From Amoebophrya sp. A120 (Eukaryota > Protista > Dinoflagellata): a stretch of DNA of 64,000 bases. Location: NCBI GenBank assembly GCA_905178155.1, contig CAJINV010000001.1, positions 10,844,311 through 10,908,310 of the forward strand. Direction: 5' to 3'. Positions within the stretch are counted from its first letter, which is position 1. Each line of letters begins with the position of its first letter. The notes below the pieces were generated by a model. It was not told the origin of the DNA, made no database searches, and worked only from the letters and a program-made list of their open reading frames with translations. The translations under genes and the position numbers were made by a program. Shown here piece by piece: positions 49,369-59,863 of this stretch.

Positions 49369-50411
49369 ATGTCTTCCGGTTGTCCTGCGAGCAAGAAATT
49401 TCAAGTTCTGTGCCTGCACGGCCACGCCCAGACAGCGGAGGCGTTTCGGGGTCGTATCGGTTCCATACGCTCGCCGCTGAAGAAGTGGTGCGATTTCCAC
49501 TTTCTAGACGGCCCCTTTGAGGTCCCTCCGTGCGCGCATTCCGCCGAGCCGGCGCGCAGCTGGATGCAAGTGAGCCCGGACACGGCGCCGAATGTTGACC
49601 CGAAGACAGTTTTCGAGTCTTGGCAGACGAGTCTGGAGTTCATTGATAGAATCATCGCTGAGAAGCAGATCGACGCTTTGCTGGGGTTCAGCCTGGGGGC
49701 GGCGATGTCGCTCGGGGTGATGCTCAACGACATCGCAACTGTGAGTCGAGGAACAAACGAAGGACCCGAAACAGCATCTTCAAGATATAAGTTCGTCGCC
49801 CTCTTCGCTGGGTTCATCCCCTTCAAAAACCCCGAGCTGGAGCACATCTTGCGAGCGAAACTGAGAGAAGTTGGATATCGTAGGGGAAAATCCTCCCTCC
49901 CCATATCGAAAAGATATGTCTCAGAAAATTTGTAATGCTGATTTGTGTCCACAAATCGTCTCTGTCTTGCAAGAACGCAACTCCACTGGCTCCGCCGCAT
50001 TCTGCAGGCGGTTTGTGATGCTGTTGGCCCTACAGACTAGACGTTTGCCATGCTCAGCGCCTGGCCCAAAACGTCGCTACTCAGTCTGAGTACACTACGC
50101 ATAGGCCTGCAGTCCTCTCCAGCACGACAGGCCTGATTTGTGTACGCAAATCCAGCGTCAGAAACTTCGCGGCGATATGGGAAGGGGGGATTGTTCCTTT
50201 TGGTATCGGAAGCTCCAGGCTTCCGCCAAGTTTTCACTGTTACGGGATGGACGACCATATTATTCTTGCAGAGCACAGTGAGGAGGTCGCCACTTTTTTT
50301 CCCGATGCCTGCGTCTTTACTCACCCAGGGGGGCACTTGGTGCCCTCCCAAGCAAAAAATCCGCTGCGCGATTTCGTGCAGCTACTAAGCGAAAAATCGC
50401 AGGCGCCCTGA
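49369..50411 (+). CDS. FSH1/OVCA2-family serine hydrolase; exons 49369-49875, 50211-50411
   Basis: VLCLHGHAQT, FLDGPF, LLGFSLGA (nucleophile), then PSFHCYGMDDHII and HPGGHLVP (Asp, His) after removing a 335-nt insertion. Confidence 0.9.
49876..50205. mobile_element. Family E TIR introner
   Basis: Imperfect ~33-bp TIR TATCGTAGGGGAAAATCCTCCCTCCCCATATCG / CGATATGGGAAGGGGGGATTGTTCCTTTTGGTA; TSD TTGGA/TCGGA. Confidence 0.85.
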
Positions 50412-50838
50412 ACCAGGACAGACTAGTAGAAGTACTATAATCCTTAAGTGAAGATAAGTCGAAGTGTTATAACTTCGGTTGAGTTGTGACCGAAAGAAAA
50501 AAGAAACAGGCACACTGCTCGGGGTTCTCGCGCAAACGGCGAAGAAGCCTCTTGTTGCAGACGTTGCAGTGGGCTCGCCTCCGACCTAGACTCACCGGGT
50601 TTCTGTCGTCGAAATGATTCAGAGTGTACTTAAGTGGAAGTGCGTAAGGACGTCAGCGAGGGCGGATAAATTTTAGAGAGCATGTGTTTTGAAAGGCGTC
50701 ACGTTTGCCGTGAAGTATGGGCCGCGGCTCTTGTCGTGTCAATTGCTTAATACGTCGAACAACTACATCGTTAGGTTAAGGTTTTGACCTCGATCTGAAT
50801 ACGAGATAACGTAATACAAGATATCATGAAGTGACGCG

Positions 50839-52083
50839 ATGGGCGGCTTTCGCTGCCCGGCGCCCCCAGGAATCGTGGGCCTTTGCCTACTTTCTTTGCC
50901 CTTGCAGTTGGTCCTATGGTGCGTCCCTTGTGTCGCTGAATTACAACAAAGCGTATTCGCCGCTTGCGGATACCACTGGACCGCCGGCCAGGTCTCGATC
51001 GCGAGCACGCGCTTCGCGGACGATGCGCATCGCCAGGGCCTTGGTCAAAAATGGAGCGCGTCGTCCCGGGGCACCGGGAGCGCTTCGACCGCCTCGGCGA
51101 ACTTGCGTACCCTGGAAATGGGGGTAATCACCGCATCGGACTGCGTTACTAAACAAATGCATGGCAATGTTCCTGGCAGGAAGAAGCTTCGGCGCAATTG
51201 TGCGAAATCTCATCTCCGGAAAAAGGGAGAAAGTGCCGGGCTATTATGGAGCACCACGCTTGCGGGTATCTCGGTGGGCGCTTTTCGATCGTTCTCATGA
51301 CAACATTGTTGCAAGTTGTACAAACTTCCGCAGTTATCTAAAGTTTCGTCATATGGTCACAAATATTAATCTACGCTCTCAGGTGTCGCTGTGGCAAGCG
51401 CCAATGGAGGTTGGGACTCCTTAAGTGAATTTGTTCCCTATGGGTACAAACTACTTTCTCTATGTCTATCACGCAACCTGCAAAAGTCTCCTTGGGCTTC
51501 ATATTGCCGTGGAAATGCAGACCAAGGAGAGCTACGGCCCTCATGTCCGGCCAGCGGAGCTGATGAGCAGGAATATCGCACCGGCTACGGTATACGACGT
51601 ACAAGAACTTACGGCATGGCGACTTTTTTAATTTGATGCGGGTCCAATGGTCTTGTGTCCGTGTGTGGATGTGAACGAAAGTGCGTCGCTCTGTCTGGGA
51701 CAGCATGCGCTTGAACTGGACTTTCTTTCCTGGAATGACGGCGGAAAAAAAAGCAGCTTTTGCATTTTCGTTCGGAAAAAACCTTTTTTCAAGGTCTACT
51801 CGTGGCTCTCTACTGCACATCTGCGAAAGGCAGCGCCCCCGAGGGCAGAGAAGGGGCTACGCCTTGCACAAGTTTAGCGGCTCTGCAAAGTCGCATCGGT
51901 ATGAAGGACGGCTCGACGTCGCGCGAGTTTTTCGGCTCGCCCTGGCAAAGGCACCTGACAGCGTATGGCAGCGTCACATATGAGCCATCCTCTTCGCACG
52001 AAGAGTCCAGCACACTGACCGGTGGAATCGTGGTCCATGCGTTCCTGCCGGCCGGAAGGTACATCTATTCGCTCTTGCTCTGA
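50839..52083 (+). CDS. Putative small multi-exon gene with signal-peptide-like start; structure unresolved
   Basis: ATG ORF with hydrophobic N-terminus (GIVGLCLLSLPLQLVLWCV) and candidate acceptors at 51382 and 51520. The exon chain was not established. Confidence 0.3.
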
Positions 52084-53743
52084 GCACCATGCATCGCATT
52101 CTCATTCAACCGCACGTCGTCGCCGCAGTCTAACCGTTGAAGGTTCAAGCGCTGCATTGACTTTGGTTCAGGTGTAGACCACCTGGGGCCGGAATGGCCT
52201 TACTGCAACATGTGTTTCGTTCTGCATGTATACTTAATATATAAGAAATGTAAATGTGATCTTTTTGCAAAGGATTCTGACGACCAGACATCGAGACTCA
52301 TACACCTGTGAGCGGTCAGCGAGATAAAATGCGAAAGCGCTTTAGTCAGCCGTGGCCACCCCGTGCGTGCACGTTAAGGCCACACACGGCACCCGGAGCC
52401 GATGGTAACGGCGCTGGGCGCCGACGGTAGGCGCAGGACGCAGTTCGCTTTGTGCGTGGCACGCTGTGCCGCATCGCCGCACCATAGTGGTAGGCGCCCC
52501 CTATTTCGCTGGTCCAGCAGGAAGTCTCGCTTGGCGATTCACTTTTTTGCACAATGCTCTGGCTGTCGACTATGGACTTAAGACGGGATGCTGTGAACGT
52601 GCCGGGCCTTACGTTCGTAGTCTTCACGTGATTCGATTGTTGCGCTTTGCTGGCGAGAAACGCCCTCGCGCGCTCACATCATCCAGCTACTGTTCCTATT
52701 GGCAGCATGGTCGTGCCAACCATGTGTAGACTTACTTGATAATGATATTAGTGATACCACATTACCAGCCCCAGGCCCAGCCGGACATGTAGCAGCCACC
52801 CGAGTGGCGAAGACGGGCCGGGTAGTTAGGTGCCGCACTGCGTGCAGGCTTACCACAGCCAGCTCTGGTTTACAATTTTGAGCCCGTGATAGATTAGACA
52901 AGCCGGCGACTCATCGCGCCGGCGGGTCAAAGCCGGCTGGATTCGTGCGGCCGACGAGGTGCCACAGGGCGTCGGTTTTAGATGGAGGCGCAAGGCGTGC
53001 GCTCCTGGGCTCGCTCCTGCTCCTGTCGCACTTACTGTTGTGACTTATTTGTGCAGTGCTGCAGGAGCACGGGCACGGCGGAGGAGCGCGGCCACTTTTC
53101 TGGCGCGGGCTTCGCGGTGGCAGTGCTGTGCCTACTGCGCGCCGCGCCGCTGGATGGTGGCTGCACAAACGACGCTGCGACACATCGCTGACGCTACTTT
53201 TTGTACAGAACGAAGTCGCCTCTTGTGGTGAAGACGGCGATGAGATATTCATACACAAGCCGCAAGCCTAGGGGTAGCAGCGCCACAAGTATTTTGGAAA
53301 AAGCAGTATCGGTCGTGCTCGTGTAGCAAGAACAATTATGCAAAAACAAATGAAATAGAAAGACACCATGGACCAGGCGCCAAGTGTGCGGAACGGGCAG
53401 GACGTTGATGTTGACGTTGGAAGAGTCGCTGCAAGAACCCGAGAACGCAGACTGGATGTCGCTGGCCACCCTGCTGCTTGTTATTTGGGTACTGGAATTA
53501 CTGCCCGTCGAGCACAAAGGTAGTGCGATCCTGAACTCTGTCGCGACCCAAATTTATTACCGGCGCGGGGGGAGCTTCCAGCTATCGCGCAGTCATTCGA
53601 GGCGCCGAGGAGCGGCCCTCGCCGAACAGGCCGGGCCACGGAAAGGAGAGACCCAGGCGGAGCATGAGCTGCACGCATCCCCTTTCCCAGACTGCGTGGG
53701 GGCTGGCGATCGTCGCCGCCACAGCTGCACGCATTCCCGCGCT

Positions 53744-56700
53744 ATGTGGGGGCTGGCAATCGTCTTTCTCGGGTCGCCGCTGGTCGTTCCACGACAGGCG
53801 CAGAAGCAAGGTCCTGTCGTCCGCGGGTTGGTGGTTGACAACGCGGACCAGGGTGCGCTCGCTCCCGGTGTACCAGACCACCACAGCCTCAGAAAAAATA
53901 CGAATCCCGAGGAAGACCCAGACTCTTGGGAGACGGACCCGGACGAATTTGAACAAGCGAGACTTCCCCGCGACGCGACGCCCAACCTAACGAGTCCGGG
54001 TGGTGCCGCGGCCCATTTTGAGCAGGAGAAACTGTACCACGCCATCCTACACCCCGAGCACAGCTTTGAGCAACGTGGCATGACTTTCGTTGACCTCGGA
54101 CTGGGGCCGAACCGTGCTGCTGGAGGCTGCCTGGGTAGTTGCCTCGGGGGGCTCATGAGTCGCGTCGGGATGACTGAGGCTCACTCTGCGGAGGCTGCCG
54201 AGTGGGACCACAACCACTTAGAAAACCTCAAAAGCCACGCAGAACAAGGACAGACGAGCAAAACTGCTTCCCTTCTGTTGCGTAAAGTGCAACAAAATCT
54301 GCGAGAAGCACTCACCGGGCAGAAAGCGGAAAAAGCGACGCAACAAGGTGGTCGTGATATGTAGTGAGGTCACGAGCGTTCTAATCTAGCGGCTTTCTTG
54401 ACAGCCCACACGCAAAACGACCGGAAGTTTGCAATCGGCCGGAAGTGTTTTTGGACAAAAAGGGTTTCCATTCATCAATCGGGTGCGGCCTTGTTGTCAA
54501 ACAAGTGCGGGCGAATTCTATCGATTGCCGATTGATGTGGCAGCCAAAGCGTGCCCCGCGCGCAAAGCGCTCTTTGCGAGATGCTCATCCATCGCAAACG
54601 CGGCGCGAGTAGGCTCTGCTGTTGCCATATGGGACAGACTCGAGGGCACGCAATCACTCGCAAAGCCGGGTAGTTCCACTGCCGTTTGGCCGCCAGAGAG
54701 CGGGCTTCGGAAAAGTTGGCCAATTTTTCGAAAAAGCAGAAAAATCTGCGCAGCCAGTTCGGAGGACAGGTTAAAAAGCGGGCTTTTTCGGGTTCGCCCG
54801 ATGTGATTCCGAAGAAAGGGGCCCGATGGTTGGGCTGCGCCCGATGTTGTGGAGCGTTTGGCTGCGGAAACTGCGTCACCTCCAGGCCGCTGCGGCCGAT
54901 CTGTTTGCGCACAAAAAAAAAGCGCACTGCTTTGCACAATACAAGTGGCTCACGACGGACAAAGTCGAGTGATTTTGTTCGGGGTCCTGTGTTCAAAGTC
55001 CGGTCGATGGACCCTCGCCGATGATTTTCGTCTCTTCTTTTTCTGGCCGGTGCTTATTTTTCGAGCTTGACCTCGATGTCTTGCCGACCACTGATGTCCA
55101 CCTTTTGCAGTGTCCACGCACAAGCGGGATCGTCGAACGCGGGATGGGGAGGGGCCCCATTTGTTTGCCGCGGCGCGAGGCCGCAAGCTTCGGGGCCACG
55201 TCTACCACCAGAAGTAGTCCGCCCGGGGGCCGCTCCATGGGTCTGTGTCTGAAGCCTAGTACAGGCATCCGCAAAAAAGGAAACGCCCGCACTTTTTTGC
55301 AGATATGAACCCAAAAAAAACGGCCGACTTTCTGTATTGCCCGAAAGCCGATGCTGGGCACCCGAAAAGCCACTTTTTTTTCCAAAATGCAAAGCCGCCC
55401 GATCGAAAGTGGCCGCTGGAAGATGATTTTAGAAATTTCCGCGACTCCATGCCATCGGGATTGCATGAGCAAGAATGGAGTCAGATCCTGCGGAGGCGTG
55501 TCACACCCGCACGGCTTCCGCCCTCTGTGAGGTTCAAGGCGGAATCCCTTCCCCGTATTGGAATCGGCCGACTAACTTGGGTGGCCCAAATGGGCATCCT
55601 GAAATGAAGGGAATTGCGCAACTTTTTCAAGTTTGTGCATTTTTTCTGGCTAGCGTGCCCCCGTGCATAACGGTATGCGCGACGGAATGCTGCTCGCCGA
55701 AAAGCGCAGTCTTTTCTTTGTGCGACACAGTGCTGCCCGTCAAGTTTGCGGTCCAACACTGCAGCCCGCCTCGGGCCGCGCTCTCATCCTCTGACCAGGA
55801 GGTCAAGGAATGCGCGGCAGCCTTCGCGCGGACTAGGGTGCTTCGCACACTTTCGGTTATCGATATCGGCTTCCGGGCGCGACCTTCATAAAACGACGCA
55901 AGGGAGCCGGCAAAAGGGGCGCCCATCTCAGGCGCCCCGCGCACCTAATTCCGCCGATATGGGGCGCCGAAAAAGGAGTCGCCAAAAAAAGTGGCAAGAG
56001 TAGAAAAACCGCGAAGCTGCATGCTATGGGCGTCATTTTTGCCTGCTTTCGGAGGTCGCAAAGCCGGCCACCAAGGTAAAAGAAAAAAAGGCAAACGCCG
56101 CCAAAATTCGAAGGCGGCTCCGCATGCTATTGGCCCGACTCTGGGGGCCCGTAGGGCGGGCCCTGGCGGAGGCCCGGGAGTGGCCATAGCATGCGGGGGG
56201 GCGCTTGCGCTTCTCTTCTGGAGGCAGCAGGGGCGTGGCTTTTCAGCCAAGAAAACCAAAAAGCGCGAGCGCGATCAGAGGCAGCACGCCAAGCGGCATG
56301 CGATGGGCCCGATTTGGGGGGCCATAGGGCCGACCGTGGCGGACGCCCTGGAGGGGCCATAGCATGCTGGGAAGGTTTTCGGGCTTTGGAGACGGGGAGA
56401 TGGCGACTTGTGGCCATGATACCCACCGCCCCCGAGACCATGCGCTGGGGGCTTGCAGTTAATTAAGAAAGCCGCTATGACCTCCTCACTACCGCCGCGG
56501 ACGCGGCTGCTATTGGTAGTAAAAGCATGAGCACGAAGATGGCAGCGCAGACACTCAAAGCAATTGCCCGAAAAGAAACCTTCGAAAAGTTTTCAAGTGG
56601 AGCGGTCAAGAGCTTTGCCGGCGACTTTTGGATGGCTCTAAAAAGTGTGCCCGCGCTATCTGGTTCCGCAAATGGTCTCCAAGTGCTAACGTCGCATTTC

Positions 56701-58988
56701 CATGAGCCTGGCGGGCTCGGGACGTGGATGCGCAAAGAGCTGCAAGTGCATTTGATCGAGATGGTCGCGGAGCAAGTTCTACATTACAGTTTTCGAAGAA
56801 AACGATGCGCACGATGAAGCTCTGCGCAAGGTTTTTGAAAAGCCGGACAACGTCGGCGAGACGCACGCCCCGCGGGGGCACAGCAGACGCGACAAACATG
56901 AAGCGCTAGCAAAACACAGAGGCAAGCGGGGCGATCGACATCATGAGAGGAAAGAAAGCAGAGCTTCGGGCGGAGCGTGGTCCCAACACCTCAAGACGGC
57001 CCATGTGCACAAGACGACAAGCAGCGCGAAGTTTACATTTTACAATGAGGTCAAAGATTGCCCCAAGCCCGGCACCCCAGCCCCCGACGCGGATGCAATT
57101 CCAATTTTTTGCTTTAAGCCGTTGTACAAAAAGGAAGGCGGCGTCCGAATCAACCAACTCCGTATTCGCGCTCCCGACGGGAACGCGCGTAATGCGCTCA
57201 CGATCCCCAATAAGCTCCTCACTGAAGCGCACAATCTACTTCACAAAGACCATCTGGGCACGACGTTGCTGAGCTTGCTGTCGGATGCAGTCAGCGACTA
57301 TTTTTTAATTCTGGTTTGGGAGGAATTGAAGGACGCAATCGTGGTATTCTTTCAGGACGTTGCGCAAGGAATCCTCGGCGCCATAATTGGCAGTCTACCG
57401 GGCTTTGAATCCTTGATTCGACACGTCACGAATGCAGCTAATGCGCTGATGCTGAAATTCATAGCGCGGAAGATTATGGAGGTGGTTAACACCGTGCCGG
57501 AAGCTGTGCTTGAACGCGGGATTCCAGACTTTATAATGAGTGAGACTGTTACGCACCAGCTCGAATCCTTCAATTGGGTTGCAATCGCAGTGCTGGCCTT
57601 GAAAGAACCCAAGTTGCTGGAAATATGGGGGCGCAAAAGTTGTATTTGCCGAAAGTTGTGAAAAGCCTTTTGCTGTAGTCAAAAAAATGCGTATAGCCTG
57701 CCACTATTGAATACCTAACGGGGCTGCTAGCTTACTGACGGCGCCTCTCAGGAGCTAAAGAGGAAAATCTCCGCGCTGCTGCTCCGCGGACTTGCCTCTG
57801 ATCGCCCCGAAAGGCTGGAGGTGCTTCAGCACGGCCTCATGCAGTCCAGCGGCTAGGCAATGCGTTTCACTTTCAATCTGTACAAGCCGGCCGGAGTGGA
57901 GGGCGCACATGTAAACGGCCGCGGCTGCGTTTCCGCTTGGCCCTACTGCCTCGCAGCTGTGCGCGCGTGTGTCGGCACTTGCGCGCGCTCTTTGACCCTT
58001 TTGGAGAGGGGCCGGTAGGGCCATCGCGATTCGAAGAAAAACTGGCCGGCTCGCTTTTTTTCTAGGGTTCCGGGCGGCCCTCCGGCCGCCCCTCTTTGGG
58101 AGGGTTCCGGAAAGGCCTGCGCGGCTAACGAATGTGCGCGGAACCCGCTAGAGACGACAACGCCAGGGCCTGCGTAGGTATCTCGCGGGGCGCCCGCAGC
58201 TTCTAGGCCTTGATCCATGCCATGGCGACAAGCATCTGCAGCAAGAGCGCGACCAGGGAACCGAGGCAACATATTGCGAGCGCCCAGCGCTTTTGCAATA
58301 AAACACTAACCACAAAACGACCCGCAGCGCCCCGGCGCCCCCCCCGCGTCAGTCTTGCTTCTCTTAGCCCTTAGCGCATTTTTGCTTTTGGGAACAAACA
58401 AGCTGGCGAAAACAAACGGCGCGCAAGCCAGCCCCCCGCCCTTGTCCGTGCGCACTTTGCCAAGCTAGGCGCCGCGGAAAAATGCGCGCAGAAAGTTTTT
58501 CACGGCGTGCGACTTTTGCGACGCGATGCAAGAGCTGGACGAGCAGCGGCGCGGCCGACGGGCAGCCGGCTGCACCATTGCCACTCGCTACGAGATGGGA
58601 CACATTTGTCAGCGACCATCTGGACCCGTCGAAGGTAGCGCCCGTCGTCGTCGACGATCTGGCAGCGAATTCGCTTGCGCTTTCCGTGGAAGCCGCGCTG
58701 TGCCATGTGATTGGAGACAGCTTTCTAATTTTGCTCAAGGATTTTGGAGTAGCGGATCTGATGGCGATCATCACTCTAGCGCGGCCACTGGTGCGTCGGT
58801 TCGCAGAAGAGGTGGGCTGGCAATTCTTTGGCGCTTTGTACAAGATGAAAGTCGGTCAGGCCGGCCTGCAGCCAGGACTCGTCGGCGGCGCTCGGAGCGC
58901 GATCACCACGAGCGTCAAGGCATGGATGGAGTCACAGCGCTTCGGAGTCTACGTCCACAACGTCAAAAACGCGGGCGCCGGAGTATAG
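53744..58988 (+). CDS. Putative secreted protein interrupted by two large TIR elements and one apparent frameshift (possibly a pseudogene)
   Basis: Signal-peptide-like MWGLAIVFLGSPLVV. Segments 53744-54356, ~56492-56780, ~56789-57631 and 58521-58988; both element removals are in frame. 3' end uncertain. Confidence 0.55.
54357..56492. mobile_element. Family F element (long copy, ~2.1 kb), no TSD
   Basis: ATAT-GTAGTGAGGTC...GACCTCCTCACTAC ends; homologous to 40361-41067; repeated GCATGCTATGGGCCC-like motifs; no convincing ORF; removing 2135 nt rejoins QQGGR to AADAAAIGSKSM in frame. Confidence 0.82.
57632..58520. mobile_element. 889-bp TIR insertion (family G), no TSD
   Basis: Ends CGCAAAAGTTG.../...CGACTTTTGCG; exact removal joins LLEIWG to TRCKSWTSSG in frame. 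Confidence 0.65.
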
Positions 58989-59344
58989 ATACAATGAACG
59001 CCCTGCACCGATCAGGAGGAGTCAAGTCGACCCACAGCCGCCGAGGGACCTCCAGGAGACGCCTAGTAGCCTACTAAGTAAGGAAGCGCTTGCCCTTTAT
59101 TTCATCATCGAACCGAGGAGGGGCGCCATCGATAACCCCTCACAGTTTCGACGATGGTGGGCCGGCAATGGTTGCGCCCCCCCGAGGCGCCCGGCATTGT
59201 AAGTTCTGGCGATCCATCTGGCGCGCCCAAAAAAACCGCGCGCGAGGCCAGAGGCGCGCAATCGCATGGCCTGGCCGCGCGCGGTGTTGATGGTGGCGTT
59301 TTTTTGCGGCCGCCCGCGGATTTCTTCTTTTTTCCCCCGGGCCA

Positions 59345-59562
59345 CCAGCCTGCGAAGCTTCGCGGGAAGGGCGCGGCGCCTTCCGAAACATGTCGGGCAA
59401 AGAAGATAGAGCGAATCAGGCCCGTGAAGCCGGCCGGCGGGGTGTTGGCCCGCGGGGGCAGGGCAGGCCCCCAGCCTGCGGAGGCCCGCGGAAAGGGTGT
59501 GGCGCCTTCCAAAAAACGTCGGGCGAAGAAGATAGAGCGCATCCGGTCCGTGAAGCCGGCCC
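59345..59562. repeat. Diverged direct repeat, 126-bp period (~90-bp matching blocks)
   Basis: CCAGCCTGCG...AAGAAGATAGAGCG...CGTGAAGCCGGCC at 59345-59436 and 59471-59562. Confidence 0.85.
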
Positions 59563-59565
59563 GCC

Positions 59566-59655
59566 AGGGCAGGGCAGGGCAGGGCAGGGCAGGGCAGGGC
59601 AGGGCAGGGCAGGGCAGGGCAGGGCAGGGCAGGGCAGGGCAGGGCAGGGCAGGGC
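59566..59655 (+). repeat. (AGGGC)18 pentanucleotide microsatellite
   Basis: 18 perfect AGGGC units, counted directly. Confidence 0.97.
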
Positions 59656-59863
59656 AGGCGCGCGGGCAGCGGTTGACCTTCACGCCGAGCCCCGCCCTCT
59701 TACTTGCTGCCCTTGTGTGGTTACCCCTCGGCCCACGTGCTCTCGTTGTGCCTTGTGTTGCTCTGAAAGAATGCGTGGCCTTCGTTGCCCGCCCGGGCCG
59801 GTGGCTCTCCCGCCTAACCTTGGCCCATGGGCTTGCCGACCTACCTTCACGCCGGTGAATTCT

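Noticed and set aside
54429-56466. Transposase or recombinase inside the long family F element
   Set aside because: Only short overlapping ORFs in both strands, with no DDE, HUH or RHRY motif recognisable by eye.
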